A stretch of 64,000 nt of DNA from a virus (taxonomy: Duplodnaviria; Caudoviricetes), in IMG/VR virus record IMGVR_UViG_3300028454_001166, positions 34,758-98,757 of that record; one strand, given 5' to 3'. A program made the position numbers and the translations under genes. Shown here in pieces: positions 18,146-29,141 of the stretch. Below the pieces are notes generated by a model. That model was not told where the DNA came from, made no database searches, and saw only the letters and a program-made list of their open reading frames with translations. Within the stretch, counting starts at the first letter, position 1. The number at the start of each line of letters is the position of its first letter.

Positions 18146-19285
18146 ATGAGCAAGAAAAATTACGACCTGATCGCAACCGTCGATATTGATATTGTCTCCC
18201 CTATCGTGGATGATACCAGTTTCGACAATATGCTGATCGTCGGTCCTGCTCCGTCCGTTGCGCCTGAAACCGCTCCGCCCGACTTCGGTGCTTACCGATC
18301 TCTGGATGAGGTTCTGGATACCGGGTGGAGCCTTGAAGCGCATGATCCTATCGCCGAGGCCGCACAAGTTGCGTTCTCCCAGACTCCTCGTCCGACCGTT
18401 CTGTATATCGCTCCCATCAAGGATACCGACACCGTTCAGCAGGGCGAAGGTCAGGATGCTGTAATGGTCGTGTCTCCGCTGAAAGCCATCGAGCGGGCCA
18501 TCGACAGCGTGAAGTGGTACGTTCTCTGCACCGCTGGCGTGGATTCGACTTGGTATGAGGAAATCGCCGAGTTCATCGAAGCCTACGACAAGATGTTCGT
18601 TTACACGGAGACTGAATATCTCCGCAACAACAAGACCGCTTCTACCGGAGCTGTGTATAACAGAACCGTGGGCGTGTTTGGCCCCGAAAACGGGACTCAG
18701 GTTGTTGCGGATATGCCTCGTGCCAACAAGTACATGAACGTGGCGTTTACCGCTGACTGGCTGAACTACCAGCCCGGATCCGAAACCACGGCGTTCAAGC
18801 AGCTCACCGCTGTGTATCCTTCCGAGCTGACTTCCACTCAGCTTGCAAACCTCGCGGAAGATGGCCTGTGCTACTTCATCACGGTTGGGAACCGCAACAT
18901 TACCATGAGCGGCAAGACCCGTTCTGGCGAGTGGGCCGACGTGATCCGGTTCCGCGACTGGCTTAAGAACGATATGCAGATTCGTGTTGTGAATCTTTTC
19001 ATCATGAACGCGAAGATTCCGTACACCGATGAAGGTATCGCTCTGATCCACAACGCCATGATCGCTTCTCTGAAACGCGGTCAGGTTATGGGCGGTATCG
19101 CTCGGGACGAGTTCGACGAATACGGGATTCGTATTCCCGGTTTCGCCACTTCTGTCCCGCTTGCCTCCAGCCTCACCGCTTCGGAGAAAGCGTCTCGTAT
19201 TCTGCGCGGATGCAAGTTCAGGGCGAGACTTGCCGGGGCGATCCATTTCGCCGAGATCAAGGGCAGCTTGACCTACGAGCTGTAA
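18146..19285 (+). CDS. Tail sheath protein (DUF3383-type)
   Basis: [40 protein letters not shown]. Confidence 0.88.
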   Translation: MSKKNYDLIATVDIDIVSPIVDDTSFDNMLIVGPAPSVAPETAPPDFGAYRSLDEVLDTGWSLEAHDPIAEAAQVAFSQTPRPTVLYIAPIKDTDTVQQGEGQDAVMVVSPLKAIERAIDSVKWYVLCTAGVDSTWYEEIAEFIEAYDKMFVYTETEYLRNNKTASTGAVYNRTVGVFGPENGTQVVADMPRANKYMNVAFTADWLNYQPGSETTAFKQLTAVYPSELTSTQLANLAEDGLCYFITVGNRNITMSGKTRSGEWADVIRFRDWLKNDMQIRVVNLFIMNAKIPYTDEGIALIHNAMIASLKRGQVMGGIARDEFDEYGIRIPGFATSVPLASSLTASEKASRILRGCKFRARLAGAIHFAEIKGSLTYEL

Positions 19286-19303
19286 GAGAGGAAGGTGAAA
19301 TAA

Positions 19304-19735
19304 ATGGCCGCTGGAAGAATCAAAACCTACAACCCCCGTGAAATCACTTGCACCCTCGGCTCCCACATCGTTGAAGGGTATGCAGAGGACAGTTTCATTC
19401 AGATCGAGCCGAACGGGGACGGCATCACGAAGAAGGTCGGCTGCGACGGCGAAATCGTCCGTTCCGTCAGCCCCGATAGAACCTACAACATTCGGATCGT
19501 TCTGCTGAGATCTTCTGCTTCTGCGAAGTTCCTTCAGGACAAGTTCGATGAAGATGTGGAAACCGGAAATGCCCTGTTCCCGATCCTGATTAAGGATTTG
19601 AAGGGCGGCATGGTCTTTGCCTCCGACGCTTGCTGGGTTGTGCGTTCTGCGCCTCGGCAGTTCGGACGTCAGGCCCCCGACCTTGAATGGGAACTTTCCA
19701 CTGGTGAGGCTGATCTCACCGAAGAGGGCGAATAA
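19304..19735 (+). CDS. Tail tube protein (DUF3277-type)
   Basis: KTYNPREI...GYAEDSFI...VGCDGE; follows sheath. Confidence 0.85.
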   Translation: MAAGRIKTYNPREITCTLGSHIVEGYAEDSFIQIEPNGDGITKKVGCDGEIVRSVSPDRTYNIRIVLLRSSASAKFLQDKFDEDVETGNALFPILIKDLKGGMVFASDACWVVRSAPRQFGRQAPDLEWELSTGEADLTEEGE

Positions 19736-19800
19736 GCTGAACGAAAGGGGGAGGATCAAGGGGATGGTTCTCCCCCGTTTCTTTGAATGGAGGTAAAAAT

Positions 19801-20328
19801 ATGTACGCGCTGAAAAGAACGGAATCCACCCAATTCGATATTGGTGAGTATTCCTTTTACGTTACGCCTTTTCCGGCAATGAAGAGCGCCGGTATCGCCG
19901 CGGATGTGGCAAAGGTAATCGGTCCCGCTCTTGGCGGTTTCATTTCACTCGTTGGGGGAAACGGAACCGAAGAGGCTAATGCGGATAATTTACTGGCTGG
20001 CATCGATTCCCAGAAAGCTGTATCTGTTATCGGAGAAGCGCTGTCTTCTCTGAATGGGGATGAGATGGAGCGAATTATCAGCCGTTTGTTGCTCGATAAC
20101 AACAATGTATCCGTCAGCGGTCCGTACACCGACTTCAAAGCTGTGCGAATGAACCGCGAAGCCTTTGATGAGGTTTTCTGCTGTGAAGCTCAAAACATAT
20201 TCGTCCTCTGCTGGGATGTAATCAATCTGAACTACAAGAGTTTTTTCAAGAACATCGCTCTCCAATTTGGAAACCAAACCGAGTCTACGGAGAGTTTGAC
20301 TACGAGCGCTATGGAGAGCTTGACTTAA
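19801..20328 (+). CDS. Tail assembly chaperone (G)
   Basis: Between tube and tape measure; slippery T TTT TTC near the 3' end. Confidence 0.8.
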   Translation: MYALKRTESTQFDIGEYSFYVTPFPAMKSAGIAADVAKVIGPALGGFISLVGGNGTEEANADNLLAGIDSQKAVSVIGEALSSLNGDEMERIISRLLLDNNNVSVSGPYTDFKAVRMNREAFDEVFCCEAQNIFVLCWDVINLNYKSFFKNIALQFGNQTESTESLTTSAMESLT

Positions 20329-20519
20329 CAGCGTTCAATGATCTGGAAATGCGGATGTACACGCTGATCAAAGCGCGTCTCGCATCCAAATTCGAACTGG
20401 AAACTTGCTATACACTTGAAGAGGCATTGAAACTGTATGCCTTGTATCAGATGGAGCTTGATATAGAAGCCGCTAAATCGGAAGAGATGAAGCGGGAACA
20501 CGAAACAGGAAGACACTAA
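20241..20519 (+). CDS. -1 frameshift extension of the tail assembly chaperone (GT)
   Basis: TTTTTTC at 20241-20247; the -1 frame is open to TAA 20517-20519 (...RMYTLIKARLASKFELETCYTLEEALKLY...). Confidence 0.75.
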   Translation, partial: FFQEHRSPIWKPNRVYGEFDYERYGELDLTAFNDLEMRMYTLIKARLASKFELETCYTLEEALKLYALYQMELDIEAAKSEEMKREHETGRH

Positions 20520-20536
20520 CCGAGGGAGGTGAGATT

Positions 20537-23011
20537 GTGCCGGAATTTACGCTTGAGTCCATGATACAGTTTATCTGTGACCCGAAAAGCATTCAACAGG
20601 TAAACAATACCGTCAGCGGATTAAAAAGCATGATCGGGAAAGCCCTCGGTACAATCGGGATCGGATTCAGCCTCAAGGCGATGAACGACGCCGTTGAGCA
20701 GGTTCGGTCCGTAAATCGCGCTTTGGAAAGCGCGGTCGGGCAATTCGGAAATATAGATGATATTCAGGAAAAAATCCTGAAAACTTCTAAAGATCTCGTC
20801 GGGAATTACGAGGACGTGTCAAAAAATGTGTCCGACCTCGTAAAGAACAACAAGACCCTGTTTGATGTGGATAAGGCTATCCGGTTCACCGATATTATGA
20901 CCAAGCTCACTAAATTGAGCGGCGGCAGTAATTCGGATGCTTCCGGGCTTGTCTCGAGTATGGCGTCAGCCATGAAGAATGGCCGATTTGACAGCGGTTC
21001 GCTGGACGCTTTGTTTGCGAAGGCACCACAGGCAATAAAGATCCTTACGGATTATTACGGCGTTTCCGAGAGGAAGCTCCGTACTATGGCACAGGCCGGA
21101 ATCATTAAGGCGAAGGATATTCAAAAGGCATTCATGGATGCGGGGGAGGCTGTAGATAAATCCTTCTCTGAGATGGGGCCGAGAATATCCGATGTGCTTT
21201 CATCCGCGCGGAGCCAGCTCAAATATTTCATCGAGGAAACCGATGAAATGTTCGGCATTACGAAATCCATAGCAAAATTTCTACAGAGCGGATTTCAGAC
21301 CGTGATGGGCTGGCTTCAGAAAGCGCGTTCAAGTGTGATGTTCCTTTCGGAGAAGCTGGGCGGGATGGAAAATACCCTCAAACTTCTCGCGGTTGTCGCG
21401 GCTTCATTCGCTGTTGCCATGAACTTCGGAAAAATCGTATCAGGGGTAAAAGGTCTGGTTGGCATATTCGGCAAGCTGGGGATAAAAGGAACCTTAATCG
21501 TTGCGGCAATCGCCATGATCATATTGGCGATAGAGGACTTCATCCACTTTATGAAAGGGAATAACTCCCTGCTGGGGGTGATGTTCGAGAAGGCCGGTAT
21601 AGATGCTGACGAGGCAAGAGAAAAGATAATCTCCGCTTGGAACACGGTCAAGAAATTCCTTCTTGCAGCTTGGGGTGCGATCAAACAAGCTGGCACGGCT
21701 GTTTGGGGTCAACTTACAGCGTTTTGGCAAAGAAACGGAGAGCGGATTGTTCAGGTAACGACCAAAATCTTCACGGCTGTCGGTACTATCGTCAAGGCTG
21801 TAGCAGGACAAATCGCTGGCTCGTGGGACAACATGGGCGGGTCGCTCATGAGCATAATTTCAAAGGCGTGGGATTATATAAAATCTACGTTCCAATTTGC
21901 CCTTGACTTCATCTTAGATCTGCTTGCCGTAGTTTGTGACATCATCAATGGCGATTGGAGTGCGCTTTGGGAAGATGTAAAAACATTGTTCGTCAACATT
22001 TGGAACAACATGATAAACTCCCTTAAGGAGTGGGCTAAGTTGTTCGCTTCGTTTATAGAACTTATCGGACAAGCCATCCTTTACAGTTTCACATGGACGC
22101 GCGACCAGATCAAAAAGATTTGGGATAGTATCGGCCCCTACATCACGGGCGCTTTGAAAGCCGTATGGGATAAGATCAAATCCATCGGTCAGGCAATTGC
22201 CGATTTCTTCGTCGGGTTGTGGGGATCCATTACAGAAACGGTCGGCGGAATCAAAGATACAATCGTTGAGAAATTCCAAGAGGCTGTCGATTGGATCGTT
22301 GCGCTCCCCGGACAGGCCCTCGCATGGGGTTCTGATATAATCAACAAAATCATCGAAGGGATTCTCGGGGTCGGAACGTCTCTGAAAGAAACGGTTGAGG
22401 GAATCTTTGATGATCCCATCGGATTCATAAAAGGGCTTCCCGAAAAAGCCGTCGAATGGGGTAAAGATATAGCGGGCGGTTTGAAGTCTGGAATTGAGAG
22501 CGGCGCGGGGGCTGTGAAAAAAGCGGCTTCGTGGGTTGCCGGTAAGGTTAGCGGTGTTCTTCACTTCTCCGAACCGGACGAAGGCCCGTTATCTGATTTT
22601 CACACCTATATGCCTGATATGATAAAGATGATGGTCCAAGGCATAGAGGCCGGGATCCCTGCCATCCGTCAGGTAGTTGGAACTTTGACCGGTGCAATGT
22701 CTTCTGATTTTGCATCCGGGTTAGGCTCTCTTTCATCTGTCGTTGAAGCGATAAAAGAATCCATGGTTTCTGATTTTGCTTCGGGCATCGATAAGCTGTC
22801 AGCACTTGCGGATTCCCGATTCGTTTTCCAGAAAACTGCTGGCGCTGTAACCAACAGCAACAACATTTCCCGCAATGTAGTTCAGAATGTGGAAATTTCC
22901 AACACGTTCAACGGAGACCGGGCGGGACAGCAGAAAGCATCCGCGGCTATGAAATCCGCGGCTCAGGACAGCACGGCTCAGATGGGCCGCGCACTTCTGT
23001 TTGCGAGGTGA
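20537..23011 (+). CDS. Tape measure protein
   Basis: 824 aa, helical, Trp-periodic repeats, hydrophobic middle, LHFSEPDEGPL motif. Confidence 0.9.
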   Translation: MPEFTLESMIQFICDPKSIQQVNNTVSGLKSMIGKALGTIGIGFSLKAMNDAVEQVRSVNRALESAVGQFGNIDDIQEKILKTSKDLVGNYEDVSKNVSDLVKNNKTLFDVDKAIRFTDIMTKLTKLSGGSNSDASGLVSSMASAMKNGRFDSGSLDALFAKAPQAIKILTDYYGVSERKLRTMAQAGIIKAKDIQKAFMDAGEAVDKSFSEMGPRISDVLSSARSQLKYFIEETDEMFGITKSIAKFLQSGFQTVMGWLQKARSSVMFLSEKLGGMENTLKLLAVVAASFAVAMNFGKIVSGVKGLVGIFGKLGIKGTLIVAAIAMIILAIEDFIHFMKGNNSLLGVMFEKAGIDADEAREKIISAWNTVKKFLLAAWGAIKQAGTAVWGQLTAFWQRNGERIVQVTTKIFTAVGTIVKAVAGQIAGSWDNMGGSLMSIISKAWDYIKSTFQFALDFILDLLAVVCDIINGDWSALWEDVKTLFVNIWNNMINSLKEWAKLFASFIELIGQAILYSFTWTRDQIKKIWDSIGPYITGALKAVWDKIKSIGQAIADFFVGLWGSITETVGGIKDTIVEKFQEAVDWIVALPGQALAWGSDIINKIIEGILGVGTSLKETVEGIFDDPIGFIKGLPEKAVEWGKDIAGGLKSGIESGAGAVKKAASWVAGKVSGVLHFSEPDEGPLSDFHTYMPDMIKMMVQGIEAGIPAIRQVVGTLTGAMSSDFASGLGSLSSVVEAIKESMVSDFASGIDKLSALADSRFVFQKTAGAVTNSNNISRNVVQNVEISNTFNGDRAGQQKASAAMKSAAQDSTAQMGRALLFAR

Positions 23012-23015
23012 TTGA

Positions 23016-23714
23016 ATGGCACGGGCAATACAACCGGTTCAGGTTGCTGGAATTGAATTCGATGCTCTCATCGAAGAAACGAGGCAGCTCGACGCGGAGA
23101 TCCCTCAATATTCGACCGAAGAAGGGTTCCAAATTTCTGATGCGATCATCATTGACGCGGAAACCATCAGCATGACGCTTTTCGTGACGGACACTCCTGT
23201 AACTTGGCGTGACCGTCACGGGGGCGCACATATGGGAGACGTTTGCAGTCGCCTCGAAGCGATCTATTTCAACAAGGAACCCATCACGATTTCAACCACG
23301 GATGCCAACTATACAGATATGGGCATCCAGTCCATCACGTTTTCAAAGTCGTTTGAAGTAGGGTATTCCAGAGAAATACCGATCACCTTCAAAAAGATTC
23401 GAAAGACGAGGACCAGAACGATAGCGGCCCCGTCTTCTATATACCCAAGCGGAGGTATGACCGGACAGACCACCGGGCAAGTTTCTACCGAAGCGAAAAA
23501 CACGGCTGAACCCGGAAGCATTATGTACGGAGTGTATTCCGGATTAACAGGCGGATCCGAGAATACTTCCACTCCGGCTTACACGGGACAGGGAACCGCG
23601 GCGGGAGCAAGGAAAAGGACTTCACAAACTGTCCAAGGCACAATAAACAACCACAATTCCGGTGGCGGGTATAATCCGTCCAAAAACTTGACCCGGCTTA
23701 ATCAGATCAACTGA
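23016..23714 (+). CDS. Baseplate/tube initiator (Dit-like) protein
   Basis: GIEFDALIEE...YSTEEGFQISD; follows tape measure. Confidence 0.7.
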   Translation: MARAIQPVQVAGIEFDALIEETRQLDAEIPQYSTEEGFQISDAIIIDAETISMTLFVTDTPVTWRDRHGGAHMGDVCSRLEAIYFNKEPITISTTDANYTDMGIQSITFSKSFEVGYSREIPITFKKIRKTRTRTIAAPSSIYPSGGMTGQTTGQVSTEAKNTAEPGSIMYGVYSGLTGGSENTSTPAYTGQGTAAGARKRTSQTVQGTINNHNSGGGYNPSKNLTRLNQIN

Positions 23715-23736
23715 CGAAAGGAGGCGGCGCTGAAAG

Positions 23737-24069
23737 GTGGATACCGGAGTAGATTATACCGTGATAACGGTTCCCAAATACAACGACAGTTTCTCCCGAA
23801 TTACCCTTGACGGGACTCTGTATCAAATTCGGTTTTCCTACAACATGGCGACAGATTGCTGGAAATTCGGTTTATTCACGGCTTGGTACGAGCCGATATT
23901 CCAAGACGTGAAAATCGTACCCGGCGCACCGCTGAACCATTCGTTTTGCCAGAAGCCGTACCCCCGCGTCTGGTTTGGCGTAAAGACCAAACTGGATCGT
24001 GTCGGCTACCGGGATTTCTGGGACGGGAACGCAGAGTTCTTCTACATGGAGTTGGCAGACAATGGCTGA
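23737..24069 (+). CDS. Baseplate plug-like protein
   Basis: ITLDGTLYQIRFSYN...W...KIVPGAPL; synteny. Confidence 0.65.
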   Translation: MDTGVDYTVITVPKYNDSFSRITLDGTLYQIRFSYNMATDCWKFGLFTAWYEPIFQDVKIVPGAPLNHSFCQKPYPRVWFGVKTKLDRVGYRDFWDGNAEFFYMELADNG

Positions 24070-24928
24070 GAATTACGAAAACTTTGAACGGCAGTACAAG
24101 GTCACGATAACCGGAGCCGGGGGAGGGTTTGAGTTTGGAGGAGAGGAGTTTCCCCTCCATATCAGCTTTTCGTTCCAGAAAACGGATTTGTACTCTCCGA
24201 ACAACGGAAACCTGACCGTTTGGAATCTCGCCCCCGAACATACCGCTATGCTGATCGAGAATGAGGAAAATGCGCATCTGACGCTTGAAGCGGGATATCG
24301 GGATCATATCACCCGTATCTTTTCGGGAGTTGTCAGTTTTTCTTCTACCTCGATGGATGGAGCAGATTGGCGTACCGAAATCGAAGTCATAGACACCCTC
24401 GAGGAGCAGCGCGATTCATACGTTTCGTTGTCCTTTGCCCCCGGTACAAACTGGAGAGACATAACGGATGAGGCGGCAGGACAGCTCGGCATTGATATTG
24501 ATTACGGCCATAATGTAGAGTTCAAGGCCATAGATACAGGATTCCAGTTTGTCGGGCTTGCAGACGATGTTTTTACCAAAGCCTGTGACAGCAACGGCCT
24601 TTCGTGGAGCGTTCAGGATGGAAGGATCCAGATGAAGAAGAACGCAGATACGATGCCGCCCGGTGTGATCTACGTTATATCCGCTGATACTGGTATGATT
24701 GAAATGCCTGTTCGTGTTTGCATTGCCGGGAGCGCAGAAACTGGGGATAAGATCATAGGATATGATGTTACCTGCCTTTTGAATGGAGACATAAAAATAG
24801 ATGATTACGTCTATTTGGATTCAAAGATCGTCAAAGGGGCATTCCGGGTTTACTCCATCGAATACACGGGTGACAGTCAGTCCGGCGACTGGACCACAAA
24901 AATGCGTCTGCTCGAAAAAGGGCTGTGA
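24062..24928 (+). CDS. Baseplate hub protein
   Basis: LTVWNL...LEAGY...IFSG...WSVQDG...GDW. Confidence 0.75.
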   Translation: MAENYENFERQYKVTITGAGGGFEFGGEEFPLHISFSFQKTDLYSPNNGNLTVWNLAPEHTAMLIENEENAHLTLEAGYRDHITRIFSGVVSFSSTSMDGADWRTEIEVIDTLEEQRDSYVSLSFAPGTNWRDITDEAAGQLGIDIDYGHNVEFKAIDTGFQFVGLADDVFTKACDSNGLSWSVQDGRIQMKKNADTMPPGVIYVISADTGMIEMPVRVCIAGSAETGDKIIGYDVTCLLNGDIKIDDYVYLDSKIVKGAFRVYSIEYTGDSQSGDWTTKMRLLEKGL

Positions 24929-24940
24929 TCGGAGGAATCC

Positions 24941-25738
24941 ATGCTTCAAGAACTGGTCAACATGACACAGGAGCTGATCCGAAAGCATCTGAAAAAGATG
25001 CACACAGCGGTTCCTGGAAAGGTCGTAAAGTACGACCCTGATAGGGGGATGTGCGACGTCCAGCCCGTCATGCAATACAAAAAACCGAATGGTGAATGGA
25101 TCGATTATCCGGAGCTGAAAGACGTCCCTGTTTGGTGGCCGCAGACTTACGGGCAGGAATCGACCATCGTTTACCCCATCAAGAAAGATGATGAGGTGCT
25201 TGTCCTTCTGATGGAACGTCCCATCGACTACTGGCTTTTCGGACAGCAGACGAAACAGGATCTGATGTTCGATCTGTCGGAGGCTATCTGCATCCCCGGC
25301 CTTTTTGCAAAGCCGAACAAACTGGCGAAAACCGCTCAGGATGAGAAGGCAATCATCATCCAGCGAAAGGATACCTTCGTAAAGATCAAAGAAAAGGAAA
25401 TCGAGCTGAACTCCAAAGAAACCGTGGTCGTGAATGCCAAGAAAGAAGTCACGGTCAACACGGATACGGATGTGATTGTCAACGCCAAAAAGGACGTTAC
25501 GGTGAATGCAGATGGAGATATAGCCCTTAATGCAGAAAACACCATAGAGCTGAACGCGGAGGAAATCCTCATCAATGGTTCTGAAATGAACGCCACGGCG
25601 TCCCTGTCCTTTGACGGAGATATGACCGTCGCCGGAGGCATTACCGCTTCGGGTGATGTGGTCGCCGATGGAATCAGCCTGAAGGAACATACCCACAAAG
25701 ATGGGGACGATGCTGAAACGACGCCCCCGAACGCTTAA
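24941..25738 (+). CDS. Baseplate central spike (Gp138-type N-terminus)
   Basis: HTAVPGKVVKYD, beta-helix repeats VNAKKEVT, apex SLKEHTH. Confidence 0.85.
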   Translation: MLQELVNMTQELIRKHLKKMHTAVPGKVVKYDPDRGMCDVQPVMQYKKPNGEWIDYPELKDVPVWWPQTYGQESTIVYPIKKDDEVLVLLMERPIDYWLFGQQTKQDLMFDLSEAICIPGLFAKPNKLAKTAQDEKAIIIQRKDTFVKIKEKEIELNSKETVVVNAKKEVTVNTDTDVIVNAKKDVTVNADGDIALNAENTIELNAEEILINGSEMNATASLSFDGDMTVAGGITASGDVVADGISLKEHTHKDGDDAETTPPNA

Positions 25739-25792
25739 CGCACACAGCAGCGAAAGCTGTGAAAATATATTTTTGATGGAGGTCAAACCATT

Positions 25793-26323
25793 ATGGAAAA
25801 GATCAATCTGAATCTTTCTACCCCTTGGTACACTTTTCAGAGAAAGGTTCACGCCCTGTTCCGGAACGATCCGGATATTCAGGTCGGGGAAATCTTCGAA
25901 ACCAATGATCCGGTTGCGCAGTATGCTTTCGATATTGAGGTGAAGAACCACGAGAAGTACATCGCCCTCGACCGCGTTCTCCCTAAGATCCGGAGATTCG
26001 GCAATGTGGCCGTCGCCATTTTCCTGTACGATGAAGAAAACGGAGAGGAACAGGATACCGAAACCCTGTTCAAAACCATCTTTGACGGGAATCCGCTCAT
26101 GGATGAGATCGTCTCTGCCGAAGATTTCACAGGCACGAAGCATACCTACGTCATGTTCCTGCCGAGAGTTATCCAGTTCTTCAACGATGATATTTCCGAC
26201 CTGAACGGAAACTGGAGCGGCATCGCGCAGGAAATCGCCCGTGAGGTTTTTGAGGATGCAAGGGGCGTCCATTTCTGCACTTCTCCGTTCATCGGTGAAC
26301 CAGAAGCCAAAGAGGAAGAGTAA
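25793..26323 (+). CDS. Hypothetical protein inside the baseplate operon
   Basis: Own SD; 176 aa; no structural motif recognised. Confidence 0.7.
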   Translation: MEKINLNLSTPWYTFQRKVHALFRNDPDIQVGEIFETNDPVAQYAFDIEVKNHEKYIALDRVLPKIRRFGNVAVAIFLYDEENGEEQDTETLFKTIFDGNPLMDEIVSAEDFTGTKHTYVMFLPRVIQFFNDDISDLNGNWSGIAQEIAREVFEDARGVHFCTSPFIGEPEAKEEE

Positions 26324-26462
26324 AACCGTTTGTCTGCCCCGTGTGGCGTTTGTACGCTGATTTTTCTTGAAAGAGGTATTTCCATCCATCCGAAAGAAAC
26401 GAGGCGTATAAACGGCTCCACGGGGCTGTAATATAGTCCAAAGAAAACGGAGGCCGACTGAC

Positions 26463-26825
26463 ATGATGGACAGGCTGGATATACGGCTGTCGCGGGACGG
26501 AGATATAGTCCTGTCGGACAGTGGGGATATACAGATCACCAACAGCATACAACAGGCAATCTTGATCCACCTCCGGTGGATTTTTTCTGAGTGGAGGCTC
26601 GGCCCGGATTACGGTTTCCCGTACTTTGAAGACGTGTTCATCAAGAATCCCGACATTGAGCGGATCAAGCGGGATATACGAATGGAGATCATGAAGGTTG
26701 AAGGGGTCCGCCGTGCAACAGTAGACAGCGTGACCTATGACCCTGCCGGAAGATCTGCGACGTTCGTATATACCGCCGTGACCGACGAGGAAACTTTCAA
26801 GGAAGAGGTGACTTTGTATGCCTGA
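26463..26825 (+). CDS. Baseplate wedge / sheath initiator (gp25-like)
   Basis: IQQAILIHLRWIFSEWRLGPDYGFPY. Confidence 0.8.
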   Translation: MMDRLDIRLSRDGDIVLSDSGDIQITNSIQQAILIHLRWIFSEWRLGPDYGFPYFEDVFIKNPDIERIKRDIRMEIMKVEGVRRATVDSVTYDPAGRSATFVYTAVTDEETFKEEVTLYA

Positions 26826-28272
26826 TTATGGATTGACCCCTACCGGTCCGAACACAAAACGGCTGGACGTCATCCTCGACGAAATGCACACCCAGCTTTC
26901 GGAGGCGTGGGGGGTTAATACCCGGAAGGATCCTCAGTCCTTCTTGAACCATCTGCTGACGAATATAGCCGACCAGCTTGCCGACCTTTGGGCGTTCGGT
27001 GAGGACGTCTACTACTCGCAGTACCCTACCTCGGCGGAAGGGGCGAGTCTTGATTACTCCGCAGAGTATGGAGGAATTGTCCGGGAGGCCGCTGCAAAGT
27101 CCTACTACCGGGTTCTTTGCACGGGCAAAGACGGAACGATCATCCCGGCCCGGACCATCATTGCATCGAATACGACTCCGGCAACCCAGCTCTCGATCAC
27201 GGAAAACGCACAGATCACGAGCGCGGATTTCAATACGGCAAAGATCATCATAGCCGAACCCGGAACGAAATCCGTTCTTGCTGTTGAGTTGAATAGCGAG
27301 CTTTATCAGTTTGAGCCGGATTCCACGAAAACGGACGCAGAAAACCTCGCCGGACTCGCTGGGGTTTTGAATGCCGCACCGGGATTCACCGCGAAAGTCG
27401 AGGAGAGGGCGATTGTCCTTGCCGCAGAGGACGAGATCAGCAGTAACACCCTGATTATGTCGGAAAACCTGACAACGGAATCAGTCGGATCCGTTATTAC
27501 ATTTTCAACTGTTGAGGATGGCGATATTCTGATTCCTCCCGGCGTGGTTACGAAGATCCAGATGGCTGTTGCGGGGCTTGAATCGGTTACGAACGTCGGC
27601 GGCTATATCGCTGGCCGGAAGGCTGAAACCGATACCGAACTGCGGCAGTCCTACATCGATAAAATCTATAACCGGTCTTCGTCCATGGCAGAGAGCATCC
27701 GGTCGGCGATTCTTGAACAGGTTCAGGGTGTCTCTACTTGTACCGTCTATGAGAACTACACCAACCTTGTGGATGAGTATGGTCGATACCCTCATTCGGT
27801 TGAAGTGGTTGCGGATGGAGAGTTTGACGAGATCCTTCTGGCTCAGGTGATTTTGAATACTAAAGCTGGTGGCATAAATACATATGGCTCCCGCGAAATC
27901 GATCTTCCCGGATTATATGGAGAGCCGATTACGATTCGATATAACAAGCCTGTTCCGGTTTACATATGGTTTAAGGTGGTCGTTTTCATGAATGGATCGA
28001 CGAATGCGCCGACCAACTATGTGGATTTGATCGAAGGGATCATTACGGAATGGATGGATGGCCTGAGCGCGGGCGACGATGTTGCGCCTCAGACGATCAT
28101 TCATAAGTTGTATGCCATGATCCCGGGCGTGGATTATTTCGATATTTACCTGTCTTCCACGGAAGATGAAGTCGCGTTGCCCAGCGAATACCCGGATCGC
28201 AGAGTTGAAATAACCGACCGTCAGAAAGCCTATACAAGTCCCGGCAGGATTGAGGTGACGCTCGGTGGCTGA
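26818..28272 (+). CDS. Baseplate J-like protein
   Basis: YGLTPTG, AEGASLD, GRKAETDTELR, PHSVEVV, KAGGINTYG. Confidence 0.9.
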   Translation: MPDYGLTPTGPNTKRLDVILDEMHTQLSEAWGVNTRKDPQSFLNHLLTNIADQLADLWAFGEDVYYSQYPTSAEGASLDYSAEYGGIVREAAAKSYYRVLCTGKDGTIIPARTIIASNTTPATQLSITENAQITSADFNTAKIIIAEPGTKSVLAVELNSELYQFEPDSTKTDAENLAGLAGVLNAAPGFTAKVEERAIVLAAEDEISSNTLIMSENLTTESVGSVITFSTVEDGDILIPPGVVTKIQMAVAGLESVTNVGGYIAGRKAETDTELRQSYIDKIYNRSSSMAESIRSAILEQVQGVSTCTVYENYTNLVDEYGRYPHSVEVVADGEFDEILLAQVILNTKAGGINTYGSREIDLPGLYGEPITIRYNKPVPVYIWFKVVVFMNGSTNAPTNYVDLIEGIITEWMDGLSAGDDVAPQTIIHKLYAMIPGVDYFDIYLSSTEDEVALPSEYPDRRVEITDRQKAYTSPGRIEVTLGG

Positions 28273-29137
28273 ACTGGAATACAGCATTGACCTGAAAAAA
28301 GATCTGGTAACACAGTTTACGGATCAGCCCAACATATCCGTGCTGGCAGAGGTTATCCAGAAACAGTTTGCGGATGTGTGCGATTTCTTTGCGCAGCTCA
28401 AAGTCAGGCGATGGCTCGATCTGGCTGAAGGAGTTCAGCTTGACCGGATCGGAGATATTGTCTGCCTGACCCGAGGCGAAGCCGGGTATCTGGCTTGTAT
28501 AGACCAATCTGTTGAGGTGCTCCCGGATGATGAATACCGGAAGTACCTCATTTTCAAGATTTGGAAGAACACGAACAACTGCACCTACTATGATGTTCTG
28601 AAAGCGTTCAGGATGTTTTGGCCCAGACCGTTGTACTACCACGAGGATCCTGAAAGACCCGCAACTATGCTCTTCGAGACGGAGATCCTGAAGCCGGGTG
28701 AGATGGATGTACAGCAACTTTTCAAAGCCCCGATCATCCGGGCGGCTGGCGTGGGGATCTGGATTACGGCAATCACTCAAGCGGACGAACAGACCTCGCA
28801 GCTCTACACATATTCGCATCTCGGCAGGGGATTGAGTATAACCCCGATACCAGAGGTGTTCCCTGAATGGCCCAGCGACATTAGCCTGTGGCTTTCCGGT
28901 ATGATGCCCCGGTGGTACAAGACGATCATCGAACGGGACGAAACCAGAACCGGTTTGGTCGTTCATCCCGTGCCGGAAACATGGACCCTTGAGATCTGGG
29001 AATATCTTGAAATCCTCGGAAACCACAAACTGCGTTCCCGCGCTGACGAAGAAAATCTTACCGTCGTGATAGAAAACGCGGGGCTTGCCGTGGATGAGCA
29101 CAACCCCACGAAATCGCTCATTATTACAGGAGGTTAA
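28265..29137 (+). CDS. Baseplate wedge protein (DUF2612/gpI-like)
   Basis: LDLAEGVQLDRIGDIV, DDEYRKYL, IRAAGVG. Confidence 0.8.
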   Translation: MAELEYSIDLKKDLVTQFTDQPNISVLAEVIQKQFADVCDFFAQLKVRRWLDLAEGVQLDRIGDIVCLTRGEAGYLACIDQSVEVLPDDEYRKYLIFKIWKNTNNCTYYDVLKAFRMFWPRPLYYHEDPERPATMLFETEILKPGEMDVQQLFKAPIIRAAGVGIWITAITQADEQTSQLYTYSHLGRGLSITPIPEVFPEWPSDISLWLSGMMPRWYKTIIERDETRTGLVVHPVPETWTLEIWEYLEILGNHKLRSRADEENLTVVIENAGLAVDEHNPTKSLIITGG

Positions 29138-29141
29138 ATAA

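Noticed and set aside
27885-27894. GGCTCCCGC match to the TR/VR 3' end inside baseplate J
   Set aside because: Only 9 bp with no upstream similarity; not a second VR.
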